Below, in pieces: positions 12,290 through 25,064 of a stretch of 64,000 nucleotides of DNA. This stretch comes from Cirrosporium novae-zelandiae (Eukaryota): the NCBI GenBank assembly GCA_026023565.1, contig JAPETS010000019.1, positions 310,001 to 374,000 on the forward strand, in the 5' to 3' direction. Within the stretch, counting starts at the first letter, position 1. The number at the start of each line of letters is the position of its first letter. The notes under the pieces are model-generated. The model saw nothing but the letters and a program-made list of their open reading frames with translations. It had not been told where the DNA came from and did not search any database. Position numbers and translations under genes: made by a program.

Positions 12290-13641
12290 CTAATCGCCCA
12301 TAAGCCAACGATCTTTTAACACCTGGGATACCGTCGGTCTTTCCGCCGGATCAACTATCAGCATCCGTTTGACGAACCTACCGCCATCCTCTGGAATATC
12401 TAATGCCTGCATAACGTATTTCCAGTTCATTCCCTTACCGTGCTGCGCATCGATAGCTCGATACTCATCCATTCTAGCTTTCTACTCTCCGTCTGCCTGG
12501 TCAATAAGCTTCTGCAGAAACGGGCTGGTCATGCTGTGCTGCCGATAGATCATTTCGAATTCCTTGTCCTCGTCTGTCTTAGCGCTTGAGCCGAAGAGCT
12601 CGCCGTGTGGTCCCATCATCAGAAAGGCAATCTATATTTAAATACACATTAGTTGAACTTGAACTTAACCTTGCGCATCGTACCCATCGGTTGAGGGAAT
12701 GAAACGGACCACAGCTCCGAAAGACCAGATATCAGCGGCCGGGTTCCACGGCAATCCAAGCCATGACTCAGTGCTTCGGAAGGATCTTGGGGAGATTGTA
12801 TGATCCAAAGGGGGGGAAGCTAGATACGTGTAGTAATTGAAGCGGTTAGTAATAGTATCAGTATCCTCCCCCACAAATCCACAGCTAGCAAACAAATAAA
12901 TGAATAAATACCGTTTCCAAAATCCGCGAGCTTTGGGGAAATTTGATCGGGGCTGTTCTGCTTTTCGTCAATGCCGGATAGGAGAATGTTTTGCGGTTTT
13001 ATATCTAAATATGCCCTCCGTGAGTTCGGTAGTGCCGAATGTAAACATAAGCTAGTGGAGGTGCTTAGTACCCGTATGCACAACCCCCCACTACCTCATC
13101 ACCTCCAACGCTTCCAAGGTCTGTCTCGAAATACTCTTAATCCCCCCGCTTGCTAGTTTCCTTCGTACAGAGAGGCTACGGAGATTATCGTCCATGTATT
13201 ATAGCACGATGGCCGGAGGAGCGTCGATTGTATCGAGAAGCTGACGGACTCGGGGTTGGCCCTGGAAGAGGCGTAGATATTTGATCTCATTATCTAAAGC
13301 TGCTACTGCTGTAACATGCGAGGCTATTTTGATGACAACAGTCTTTGTCTTCGTCTTTGTCCCGGCGCTATCGTATGGATGATCTTGTCAGAAAGCGACT
13401 GCACCTAAATCACTCAAATAATTCGATAATAACAAATAAGTAGACTTTAAACAAGGCTGGGATGGGGGTATGGGGATGGAGGGAAACCACAATACCACCA
13501 ATCTTTGTCCTCCTCACGAGGAACCGGAACCGGAGTCGCAATCGAAACATTTCGAGTCCACGAGTTAACGGCTTTTATGATTTGGTAATGGCACTGGTGG
13601 GATTTGGAAATGCAGATTTGGCCGAGGCGGAAGGGGCGCAT
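12290..13641 (-). pseudogene. Protein kinase pseudogene (fungal CMGC-like)
   Basis: Subdomains VVIK, VVHT-DIKPQNILL, LADFG, DIWSFG and RMLIVDPAERPT are present, but there is an in-frame TAA (13201-13199, IVL*YMDD), an in-frame TAG (12484-12482) and a frameshift just before VVHTD (about 13095). Confidence 0.75.
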
Positions 13642-14447
13642 TGAGGGTGAAGTGAGTGGATCCGAGGATCATAAACCCCGGGCTTAGATGCTAGAGTGTG
13701 GTTCATGTGGTTGTGGGGATTAAGGTACGGAGAGTCGGCTAACTTACTGATCCGGAGTAAATAATCCAAATGGGAAAATGGGGAAGATGCAGGTGGGAAC
13801 TGGTTGGAGTGGCTGTAGATGTTTGTTTGTTTGTTTGTCTGTTTGTTTCGGTATGGTATGGTATGTTATATAATATATTGTGTGTGGAGTAGATCTCAAA
13901 AAATCCTATTATATTAATTAATCAAAATATATCAATTTCCTCTTCTTCAAGAAGGGAACAAAAATTACATGTACTTTGAACAATATCGGATATTGATATT
14001 GATTTTAAATTTTTTTTTAGTTCTTGCATGTGGGAATTCTAGGGGGATTGGCATAAAGTCGGTAGGTCACTTACTAGTCAAGATCGGTTTTCTGTTACTT
14101 ACCTAGGTACATAAATCAACTGTTGTCGTTATTTTTTGTTTCCATTCTTGCTTGGCCTCTACAGTAATTAATTACTAAACAAACTGGCCTTTTAAATCGA
14201 GGATTACTTGCTTACATAGCATCATCCTAACATCCTACAACCGAGATGCAGCAGTAGCATCGCTAGTTACATCTCCATATATGTAATTACCGATGAAAAT
14301 CCCCGCAGCTTATGCATGTTATTGCGGGGGGATAGGCAGGGTGTGCCACTTTATTCAGCCAGGGTTAATTGATTGATTGATTGAGGATATCCTCTCCCAT
14401 GGAATCTCTTTTGCTCCGAATAAATGCATAAGCCGTGAACCCCGACA

Positions 14448-16028
14448 ATGAACCCCCCACAATCATGCGATGTTCTAATTGTCGGTGGAGGAAACGCTGG
14501 CTTCTGTGCTGCCCTCGCCGCCGCCGAGGAAGCCGGTAACAACAGGAAGAATATCCTTCTCATTGACAAATGTCCCCTTACGTGGGAGGGTGGAAATACC
14601 TACTTCACCGCTGGTGCATTTCGCACGACGCATTGTGGTATCGAGGATTTGCTTCCGCTTGTGAATAATGTTGATGAAGCCTTGGTTGACAGAATTGATA
14701 TGAAATCTTATTCTCGGGAAGAGTTCTTAGGGGATCTGGAGAGAGTGACAGGGGGGAGGGGAGATGCACGCCTAGGAGAGATGATGGTTGAGGAGTCCAA
14801 TGGGACTGTGAGGTGGCTTGCGGGAAAAGGGGTGAGGTTTCAGCTCTCGTTCAATCGACAGGCGTATGAGGTTGATGGGAGGATTAGGTTTTGGGGGGGA
14901 TTGGCTCTTAAAACTGAAGATGGGGGGAGGGGTCTTATTCGGGATTATTTAGCGGCTGTAAAGTCTCATGGTGTGGAGATTCAGTATTTGACGGCTGCGA
15001 AGAGCTTGGTTGTAGATGAGAAGAGTGGGGCCATCACGTCGCTTCTTGTTGATCATGACGGGCGGGAGGAGTTGATTCGATGTAAGGCTGTCGTGTTGGC
15101 TGCGGGGGGGTTTGAAGCTTCGTCGCGACTTCGAAGAAAGTACCTCGGTGAGGGGTGGGATCTGGCACGTGTGCGAGGAACCCCATATAATACCGGTGAC
15201 TGCCTCGAGATGGCTATCAGGGACGTCTCTGCTAGGACAGCGGGGCTCGAGGGGTCAGGATGTCACTCTGTGGCTTGGGATGCAAATGCCCCCGCCCAGT
15301 GCGGCGATCGAGAGATTGGGAATGAATTCACCAAATCCGGATATCCCCTAGGCGTCATGATCAATGTTGATGGCGAACGGTTCGTCGATGAAGGGGTAGA
15401 CCTCCGTAACTACACATATGCGAAATTTGGAAGAGCTATACTTGAACAGCCTGAGCATGTCGCTTTTCAGATATGGGATTCCAAGACGATGTCCTGGCTC
15501 CGCGATGAGGAATATCGGGATGGGATTGTACAGAAGATCACAGCGGATTCAATATCAGAACTGGCGGATAAATGCTGCCAGCATGGTCTGCGCGATAGAG
15601 AAAAGCTGATTCAAACTATAGATGGGTTCAATAACGCGGTCCAGGCCTCTCGTCTTGAGAATTCAAATATGATATGGAATCCAGCGATAAAAGACGGCCT
15701 TTCTACTCTTTCATCAGACTCGAACACTAACCTAAAAATCTCAAAAAGCAACTGGGCCCTTGCAATTGATGAGCCTCCTTTTCTTGCTATCAAAGTAAGC
15801 TGTGGCATCACCTTTACATTTGGCGGGTTAGTTATCAATCCTGCGACAGCTTGTGTTATTTCTACAACGGGGAAGGAGATTTCGGGGCTGTTTTGTGCCG
15901 GGGAGATGGTCGGTGGATTATTCCATGGAAATTATCCTGGCGGAAGTGGTCTTATGTCGGGGTCAGTATTTGGGAGGAGAGCAGGAAGAGAGGCAGCAAA
16001 GCTAGTGCTAAGAGGGTCTCCTGAATAA
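14448..16028 (+). CDS. FAD-dependent oxidoreductase, tricarballylate dehydrogenase TcuA / CobZ-like (526 aa, intronless)
   Basis: DVLIVGGGNAGFCAAL FAD motif, GGNTYFTAGAFR, VRGTPYNTGD, GERFVDEG.DLRNYTYAKFG, GITFTFGGL, NYPGGSGLMSGSVFGRRAG. Confidence 0.9.
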   Translation: MNPPQSCDVLIVGGGNAGFCAALAAAEEAGNNRKNILLIDKCPLTWEGGNTYFTAGAFRTTHCGIEDLLPLVNNVDEALVDRIDMKSYSREEFLGDLERVTGGRGDARLGEMMVEESNGTVRWLAGKGVRFQLSFNRQAYEVDGRIRFWGGLALKTEDGGRGLIRDYLAAVKSHGVEIQYLTAAKSLVVDEKSGAITSLLVDHDGREELIRCKAVVLAAGGFEASSRLRRKYLGEGWDLARVRGTPYNTGDCLEMAIRDVSARTAGLEGSGCHSVAWDANAPAQCGDREIGNEFTKSGYPLGVMINVDGERFVDEGVDLRNYTYAKFGRAILEQPEHVAFQIWDSKTMSWLRDEEYRDGIVQKITADSISELADKCCQHGLRDREKLIQTIDGFNNAVQASRLENSNMIWNPAIKDGLSTLSSDSNTNLKISKSNWALAIDEPPFLAIKVSCGITFTFGGLVINPATACVISTTGKEISGLFCAGEMVGGLFHGNYPGGSGLMSGSVFGRRAGREAAKLVLRGSPE

Positions 16029-16473
16029 ATTTCGGTTAGCTGTTAAAGTGACCACATAGAAGAACTGGTCTATTGGTTCATCGAAGATCGAGTTTTCCAG
16101 GGGTTGAATTAGCGTAGCAATGATAGTGGTAGTAGAGCTTGAAGCAGTAAGATTGTTTGAATTCATTGAGGTGTTTATTTGATGATTGCGTTATGAAATA
16201 GATAAGATATTCAAGCTTAATCGGCTGCCTTTTTCTCAACTAGTGTGTGTGCGTAGGCCTAACCAAAGTTCCTATTCTTAAATCACTCTTACCGTCCTAC
16301 GCCAGTTTCAATTACATTTGCCCCTCCCTGATAGGTGAAAACCTTATCATATCCCATCCAACCTCTTCCACGTACAAATATCCTGAACCCGATTGTTTGT
16401 CCCGACATGTTCCCTTGATGGTATGGTATAGTATAGTAGATATTGAATAAATGAACTTGCCATCCATGCCACC

Positions 16474-17447
16474 TTAACGTCCGTGACTGTTATGGTATAT
16501 CGCGGGGTCATAGTGCGATTCCTCAGGAGGGGGAGGATTGCTATAATCGCTAAGGGTATGTCTGTGTTGATATGGTTCGTATGCCGCCTGCGGTTGTTCG
16601 TGTTGTTCTGCTGGTTCCGCCGCCATTAGGTGGTCATGGACATCGCCTGATTCATGGCGAGTATGGTAGGGTTGGTCTCTTCCGCGTTGGGGTTGAAGGA
16701 GGTCTTGGTCTTCTCGATCATCGTAGGATATGTTTCTTGAGTGTCTAGGGTATTGGGCTGAGGGGTCTTGGGAGACGAGCTTCACGTCCATTGCGTCGTA
16801 AGCGCCTCGAGCGGCTTGGCGTTTGCGGACGGAAGCGTCAATAAGGACGGCGGCGATGGTGCTGAGGCTGTTTGAAGGGAGAGATATATTAGTTGGGGAT
16901 TATGAGATTTGAAGGTGGGTTGAAACGTACGTGCCAAACAGCGCGAAGCTGAAGAGCGCTTTGTATATGCGACAAACCATCATTCCAAGGCTATTTCCCC
17001 AGTTGCTCACGTTGCATACGGCTGTTAGGGTGCCACTCATATTCCAACTAAGGAGACCGAATCCTACAACCCAGAGTAGGGAAAGAATAGCATTGGCGAT
17101 TAGGTTGGCCATAGGGTTTAGTGTTCGGAAAATATAGAGGCCCATGGTTATACAAAGAGCGACAATGGTGCAGAGGGAGACTGCGAGGAGCTGCATTGAT
17201 GGCAGGAGTAGGTTAGTTGCTGAGGGAGATGAATGGATACCATATGGGCAAAGGTACTTACCAGTAAAAATGTCCATGGAATTTTGTAACTATCATGTTT
17301 CAGGTGATACATGAAGTAGAACATGATGCCAGAAACGACCATGGAGGAGATAAGCTGTAGACCTCGGATGATATGAAAGGGCAGTGGAGGATAAGCCGAG
17401 GGCTGTTTCTTAAGCCTTGAATTAGACATGATGGTGGTTGATAACAT
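16474..17447 (-). CDS. MARVEL-like 4-TM membrane protein, 3 exons (start 17447 or 17429)
   Basis: Four hydrophobic helices across the ORFs at 17148-17447, 16900-17277 and 16800-16868, a Cys-pair loop (C...WG....VCRIYKALF) and a hydrophilic C-terminal tail; canonical splice sites. Confidence 0.8.
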
Positions 17448-18474
17448 GAACTTCGTCCTATCGATCTAGGTGGTTGGCCTCAGGCCTTGTAAATACTGTA
17501 GCGAAAGGATAATATGAATGATGTACAAAGGTCGGTTAGAGGGGTTGTAAGCAGTTTATGACATGTAGAAAGTATAGAAGAGATGGAAATAAGGAGGAGT
17601 TTATGACCTGTGGACTGGGCTGGTCTGGTCTGTGGTAGGTGGATTATGGTGGGTAGTGGATATTGATTCATCCTCAGCTGAGGGGCGCAGCCAAGGATAT
17701 CACACAGCACCAACGCAGCCCTGTACCTGACAGGATTAACTACCCAACGCCGACGAATCCTGCACCTTAAACTTTTGCTCCTTAATTACTTGTAGTCAGA
17801 TAATAAACTGGTCTCAAGATTTGTATTTTTCTAAACTTGAAATAAAAATATAAAAAATCCATTCCCAAAACATTTCTGCATGTTATATCTATCAAATGGA
17901 GATATTTAGTAGTGTAGTTGAAATAAAGCAAATGGCCTCCCCACCTACTATTTATTGCACATTTAAAAAAAGACGAGACAAATTCACCAGCCACACACCA
18001 AGAGCACGGATCGCTATATTGCTCCAGCGGAGGCTAAGCTTTTTGCACTAAACAACATCAACTACCTAGGTACTTCGGTAAATTATCATCAATGACCACA
18101 TCAGTCCAAAGACATTAATTCACCATCCAGCAATGATATCAGCCACTTCTTTAATATTTTTATCATCCTCTATCAAGGCAAGTGGAATCTTCAGCAAACT
18201 TTATGAGACTCAAAGAGGAAAGAAGTCATATATCTTTAGACTAAGTCTTAAATAATTTTGAACCCAGTCAACCATCATTTGATGGCTGCTGATCCATCTT
18301 GATCAAACTCATCGTTTATCATCATCATCATTTTGGTTATGAATTCCCATATATCTATCATCGTCAATAGGGAACTTTTCCATTAAGCTATCCATGCAGT
18401 TCATACATCTTTGGATATTTGGCATACTTGGCTGAGCTGTTGGAGAAAATTAGAAAAAAAAAAAAACAAAAAAA

Positions 18475-21400
18475 ATGGAGGCAGATTGGAACGAGGTAGG
18501 TAATATGAATTCTCGTAATTGTTTTCGTAGGATGTTTTGTCGAAAGTGGCATTAGGCATTAAGCTTGACATACCTCATCTCCTAGACAATTCTCTCATCT
18601 TTTCAATTTTCCTTCTCGACAAATATTCTCGTACTATGACAGGATGAATTTCCCAGAGTACCATGCAGCACTCAAAAGAAAAGAAGACGCTGAAGCGAAA
18701 TATCAAGCCAAGCTAAACCAGAAGACTAATCCTGTAAACTACAAACAGATTTGTCGTATAGTGGTCCCCCCTCCTGGTCATGGCGCCCTTCCAACAAATG
18801 CTACCACGATCGCCTTTGATACTCAACAGGAACTCCTTTGGGCCGGCAATGAATGGGTGAGTATTCTGTTGAATCCAAACAAGAGAAATATTGACATTCC
18901 TTAGGGACGCGTGACCTCATTCTGTGGCTCTGAGTTATCACGATATACTTCCGTCAAGGCTCATCCCGAGGGAGTCGTGCGACAATTTCTTTTTCACGAT
19001 TTGGGGGTTCTTTCAGTTTCTGCTAGTAGCGTTCATCTCACCTCTCGTCGAGGCTTGACACAATGGCATATCATCAGTAGAGACATGCAGGATTTGCGAT
19101 GCATGACCTTTCTTTCCCCTGCTCGCGATCAAATCCTCGTCGCTGGAGGTCAGCCAGAGATGTTTGTGGTTGATATTGAAAAGGGAGAAATTGTCGACAC
19201 CGTCCAAACTGCAGAGTTCTACACCTTACTGAGGTTCGATAAATATATCTGTGCAGCAACAACCACCGGTACTGTAAATTTTCTGGATCCCAAGACTTTC
19301 GATGTGGTCAAAACCTGGAAAGCACATGCGGCTGCTATCAACGACATGGACGCTCGGAATGGATACTTGGTCACCTGTGGTTACTCACCTCGGCAGATAG
19401 GAAGTTATATGTTTGACCCTATGGCTAACGTATACGATGTCAAAAAGCTCGTGCCGCTAGTTCCAATCCCATTTCCTGCAGGCGCGGCATTTGTTCGACT
19501 CCATCCGAAGATGCAGACGACTTGTATTGTTGCATCACAAGGCGGTCAGCTCCAGGTTGTGGATATCATGAATCCAAATACAAGTAACCTCAGGCAGGCT
19601 GACATTACGACCTATTTGCTATCTCTCGAACTTGCCCCCTCTGGAGAAGCTTTAGCTCTGGCTGATGGAGCATGCGCAATTCACCTCTGGGGTTCACCAT
19701 CAAAAATACACTTTGCAGAAGTAAGAAATCATATTGAATTCGCCGAGGACATTCTTCCTCCTGAACTAGAACGATCCATGGATCTGTGGACTGGAGACCT
19801 ACCGTTGAACTCGATAGGAATGCCATACTACTCCGAGCGACTCCTTTCTGCTTGGCCAGGCAATTTGATCTCTGAAGTAGGAAACCCACCGCCGGGGTTT
19901 GATCCCAAGTTTCTTGCAACTTTGATCCCAGGTGAATTGGGTCTCTGTGGTCCTTATTCTCGCAAAACGCCAAGATATCAAAAAGAAAATACCAGGTCTC
20001 CTATCCCGCATACGGCTTCCTTGGCCGCCCCAAAGTTTTTGAGCGAAAAGGCAAGAGAAAATGGATCCAAGCCTGTACGAAGAATGTCGGATGCAGTCGA
20101 AACTCTGTTGATTGCGCAACTCCAGCTCAATATTGACGGTCTCGAAAATAACAATGTTCCTCCAATATATCAAAGTGTTGAAATCAAATATAGCAAATTC
20201 GGTGTGGATGACTTTGACTTTGCTTTTTACAACAAAACGTCATTTTCTGGATTAGAAACGCATATTGCCAATTCTTATACTAATCCGCTCTTGCAACTAT
20301 TGAAATTCACGCCGCTATTCCGAAATCTTGCTTTGCATCATGCAGCGAGTACATGCCTACAAGAGACATGCCTACTCTGCGAAATGGGTTTCCTCTTCGA
20401 TATGTTGGAAAAAGCTAACGGTCAAAGCTGCCAGGCTACTAATCTCTTAAAAACCTTTAGTAGTTTTCAAGATGCATCACAGCTTGGACTCCTGGAAGAA
20501 AACCTACCAAGCACCTCCATTAGTCACTTGATCCAATCCGTTTGTCGTTTCTTCATGCAACGAATGAAGCTTGACTACGATAAAAATGTCGCCCAATCCT
20601 CTCAGTTCGAAAACACCTTCACCATCGAGGCAATGTCCAACCACCACTGCACTTACTGTCGCAAAGAACAACTTCGTGCTGATAGTAGCATGGTAACGGA
20701 TCTCATATATGCTGGCTTAGCTGAGGCTAACAATCGCCGCATCACGCCATCCTTTGCACAGATCCTCAAATCCACCCTCCAGCAGGAGATTCAATCGCGA
20801 GCATTTTGTGAAAATTGCAAAACCTACCGTATCATGACTCGTCAGCGGATGGTTCAAGCAATACCATCCGTCCTTATGCTTAACGCACATGTCACCAAAC
20901 CCACAGAGAAAGCCCTCTGGGCTCGACCGAACTGGTTGCCTCAACAAATTGGCGTCATCCTTACTAGTGGTCAAGTCTATGTTGTGGAAGGGGAAGATAT
21001 CGAAAGAAGCTTTGAAGAAAGCATTCAAAACATGGAAATATATGACCTTGTTGGTGTTGTTGTTGATGTCAACGGCGGAGATCATCAACGTCCTCATCTT
21101 GTTTCACTTGTCGACGTAGCCATAGCTTCGGAAGACCATGCCGCGTCGTCGCAGTTTCATCTCTTTAACGACTTTCTCGTCCGACCTATTCCTTCCATCA
21201 AAGATGCCCTCGACTTCACACCTCCCTGGAAAACTCCCTGCATTTTGACCTACCAAGTGCGATCCGCTCGACATGCTCTTGATCATAGCTGGAAAGATAA
21301 TCTTGATACTACGATGCTTTATTACGAGTGGAGCATGAACAATAATGCACAACCATGTCCTGAATGTCGAGTCCTAAACCCAGAGGTTGAAGCACCCCAT

Positions 21401-22192
21401 GAGAACTTCGAGGCGGCTATCGATACCGAATTTGTTACAGTAGAACGTGCAGAAATTGATGTCAGACCTGACGGATCTCAAGAAGTGATTCGGCCCAAAC
21501 GACAAGGTCTCGCTCGTGTTTCTGTTCTCAGGGGAGCCAAAGGTCCCGAAACGGGAACGCCATTCATAGATGACTACATAGCGATGCACGAGCCAATTGT
21601 CGACTATGTAACAGAATACTCGGGCATCAAGCCTGGAGATTTGGATGTGCACACCTCATCCCATAATCTTGTACCCCTAAAGATTGCATACAAGAAACTC
21701 TGGCTCCTCTTAAATATGGGCTGCATCTTTATTGGTCACGGTCTCAGTTCCGATTTCAGGCAAATTAATATACATGTTCCGCCTAACCAGTTTATCGACA
21801 CACAGCGGCTCTATCACATTCCAGCCAAAGCAAGAAAACTAAGCCTGAGGTTTTGCGCATGGTCTGTTCTACGTGAACATGTGCAGGAAGGGGGTAGAGA
21901 AGAAGGACACGACAGTATCGAGGACGCACGCACGGCGCTACGTTTGTGGAGGAAGTTTGAAGAAGTCAAAGCGAAGGGGGAAGGTGAAGTGGAGAAGATG
22001 CTAGAAGAAGTATACAGGGAAGGAGTGGTGCTGGGGTTCAAGCCGCCTCCATCAGGCGTGATCAGTGGAAGGATTGGCATTGAGTGTGGGAATGGAAGTA
22101 GGCCTGTTACTCCAAGCCGGGCTATACCTATTAGATCGGAGAGCGAGGGGAAGAGTGTGGATTTATTAACTGGGAGCCCGAGGCAGATATAA
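18475..22192 (+). CDS. PAN2: PAN2-PAN3 deadenylase catalytic subunit (exons about 18475-18495, 18749-18856, 18905-22192)
   Basis: MEADWNE start, WD40 region, UCH-like domain ([18 protein letters not shown]) and DEDD exonuclease (AIDTEFV...[10 protein letters not shown]...GHDSIEDA). Confidence 0.97.
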
Positions 22193-23211
22193 GAAGATAA
22201 GATGGTAGGACTGGAGTGCCGCCGAAAGTGATGCTGAAGGTCCAGACTAGATGTATGCAAGTTTGCTTCTTTAGCCACAAATTAGAAATGAAATATCACA
22301 AGGCTTCGCAATTAAACAAATATTTGTTCATCACAGCAAATTCCCTATTCTTTAATATTCCATCAATGCCTTTGTAACGCTAGTTCCTGCATCCCTTATA
22401 CCGAGGCTTGAGTCTACTGTACACTTCCAAGATACCTTATAAATTCCCCTCCAGCTCCTCTCTCTCTCTTTCCATATCTCCATTAGAACCAACCACCTCC
22501 CCATCCAGCCAAAGCTTTTTTTTTTTTAATTAGGGAGAAAACCCAAAGATCACATACATTATTTATTTACTTAGGTATTTACCCAGGTACCTGTGCGACT
22601 CTGGGGATATCTATTCGTATTATTTCATTACGTTCTATTCCATTTGGACTGAACTAAGGTGAGATGAGGGGCAATGAAATTTATTCATCTATGTGTCTAT
22701 TTGTCTATCCATCTATGTGGCCTATCGATGGCTAAACAAACCTACACCCCTAAGCCCTAATAAGCCCTAGGAACAAGCTCTAGAAATAAGGATCCTGCCC
22801 CCCCCCCCATCATTATCACCACCATCGTCGTCCTCATGGGAGTTCCGAGTTTCTAGTTTCTAGCTCCCAGTTTTAGCTTTCGGTTCAGTTCTAGGACTCG
22901 CGCCCTCCCCCCCCCCCACTCTCTAACCCAGTATGCAGCACCTAGCACCCAGGAGTAGTAAGAGAATAGATGTATTTATCTATCTATTCCATGGAAGGAT
23001 GAATGTAACCGATTCCGCTGGGGTTTGGAGGTTTAGAGGTTTCGTAGTCAAGGGTTGGAATTGGAATCGGGGATCTAAATTTTTTGTTTATTGTGTAGAT
23101 ATTGCACGGACATATAGGTAGTGCAGGCATGTATTATATGTATATATAATAGGCCCGAGATCTAAAAGAAGAAGGGAAATGCTGGTTAAATAAACCTGAA
23201 GATTGTCATCG

Positions 23212-24616
23212 TCATCGTATCCTAAATATCTCAAGAAAGTTATCCCAAAATCCCAAATCGTATGAATTGTGAACTTCATCCAACGACCTCACTTTAATCC
23301 ACACAGGGTCCCTATCATCATCCTCATCATAACCATCTTCTCCATCTTGACCGTCCTTCAACCTCGCCCTCAACCTCGCCTCCCTCCCACGGCCAAACTC
23401 AGGCGCCCTCCCATCCATCGTCCTCACCAAGATCTGATCCACCACCAACGGCCACTCAACCCTAGGTTCGAGATTGAAATCGCGGTAAGCTCTAGGTCCA
23501 AACACGGCAGAGCTCTTCGCGCGGAAGACCACATGGTCCTTGATGTCGTCGCGCCAGTCGGCCCATTTTCCGCTTTCGTTGGTGGTCATGCCGGCCCAGA
23601 TTAGGTAGGTGTGGTAGAGGAGGAAGCCGGCTGCGAGGGGCAAGGTCATGGCGCTTAGGAGGGTTATAGCACCGATGCGGATGTCGTTTGCGACTGTGTC
23701 GGCTAGGAGATCAAGGTAGACGGGCCAGGAGAGGGTTGATGACCAGGGAGGAGTTGAATTGGTTTTATTTTTTGGTGCCATGGCGGCGAGTTTGGTGGAG
23801 AGGATGGAGAAGCCTAGGGTTGCGCCGTAGAGGAGGAGGACGGAAAGGGAAAAGAGTAGGCTGATGAAGAAGCCGTAGTTACCCCGGCCGATGCAGTTGC
23901 GCACCCAGATGCAGTGGTGGTCGTGTCTGGCGATGCAGGCTTTGCAGATCGAGCAGTGTTTGGAACGTGCTGGTTTTAGTAGGTTGCACGTGCGGCATAT
24001 GTGGTTCGGGTAGAAGAGCGTGTGGTCGTAGGGATAGTGTCGCATCTGCGCGAAGTGGTTCTGGGGTGTGATCATTGAGGAGGTCGAGGTTGCACAGGCG
24101 TAAATCAGGTAGTAGGGGGTTAGTGCTACGATCGGAATGAGGATGTGGTTGGTTGGGCCCACCAGCGACCATGCGGGGGGGATGAAGAGGCATTCCGAGA
24201 TTAGGAGGAGGCCGACGAAGAAGATCTGCAATGGGTGTGAGGAGGTGGAGATCTAGAAGTGGGGATGGGGATGGGAAAAGAGGGTTCCTTACGAGTATTA
24301 TGGGGTGGTTTTCATGCATGAGGTAGTTTCTAACCCGTGAGAGAGAAAGGGTTACTTTGCCGCCCGTGTAGTGCACATCTACTCTGTGGGCAGCTCTTGG
24401 AATGGTCCCAAGCAGAAACCGATGTAGCCATCCTATTGGTGTTTTCCTGTCCAGTCCAGTTAGTTAGCTTAGAGATATACGGTAAGGGGGGGGGGGTTAT
24501 TGTGAAAGATAGAAGAGGCATACCTACCTAAAAGCGGGGAGGCGACCAAACAGTGCAACGAAAGTTGCAAAGGAGATGATGGCAATAATTATTAGAACTT
24601 TCTTTAAAGGGTCCAT
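23212..24616 (-). CDS. SWF1: DHHC palmitoyltransferase Swf1, 3 exons
   Basis: N-terminus MDPLKKVLII...FVALFGRLPAFR/KTPIGWLHR; CRTCNLLKPARSKHCSICKACIARHDHHCIWVRNCIG; GMTTNE; NSYDLGFWDNF. Confidence 0.93.
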
Positions 24617-25064
24617 ACTGGAAAGGGGTGAGGAGTAAGAAATCACTGAGGTGTGAAGAAGAAGATGGTTAAGGATCTGAAATATCTAAGATAATATAAT
24701 AGAGCAAAAGCATTGCGAGATAGAATGTTAAAAGCAATAATGGTAGATAGCAGATATTTTGTTTTGAAAATGAAATGTGCGAAGCATGTTAAACTTCACT
24801 ATATATGGGCCAGGCAGTCCAGGGTAAAGTGGTTTCTGTGACTGTGTAGCTAACTTATGTAAATAATTATTGGAGGTTTGGTGGGGTTGAATTGGATATT
24901 CTGCCACTCAGCACTCAGTCCCCAGCCCTACAAAGTACAGGGTTAATTTCACGTGATGACGCACCATTGTCTCGCGTTTAACCAAGAGCGCGACTTTAAG
25001 CCACCCAAACCATAGACCACACCACCTTCCCAACCTCAATCCATTCCCCACAATTGTTTTATTC

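Noticed and set aside
12290..13641. Kinase stop codons rescued by A-to-I editing, as in Fusarium PUK1
   Set aside because: One stop is TAA at a position that should be Glu/Gln and there is also a frameshift; editing cannot repair these.
19013..22278. Antisense and alternative-frame ORFs inside PAN2 (likewise inside TcuA-like, RAP1, AAA+ and PfkB genes)
   Set aside because: Shadow ORFs of long coding regions with no independent protein signal.
22745..22772. CCCTAA-like telomeric repeats near RAP1
   Set aside because: Only two or three imperfect units in low-complexity intergenic DNA.
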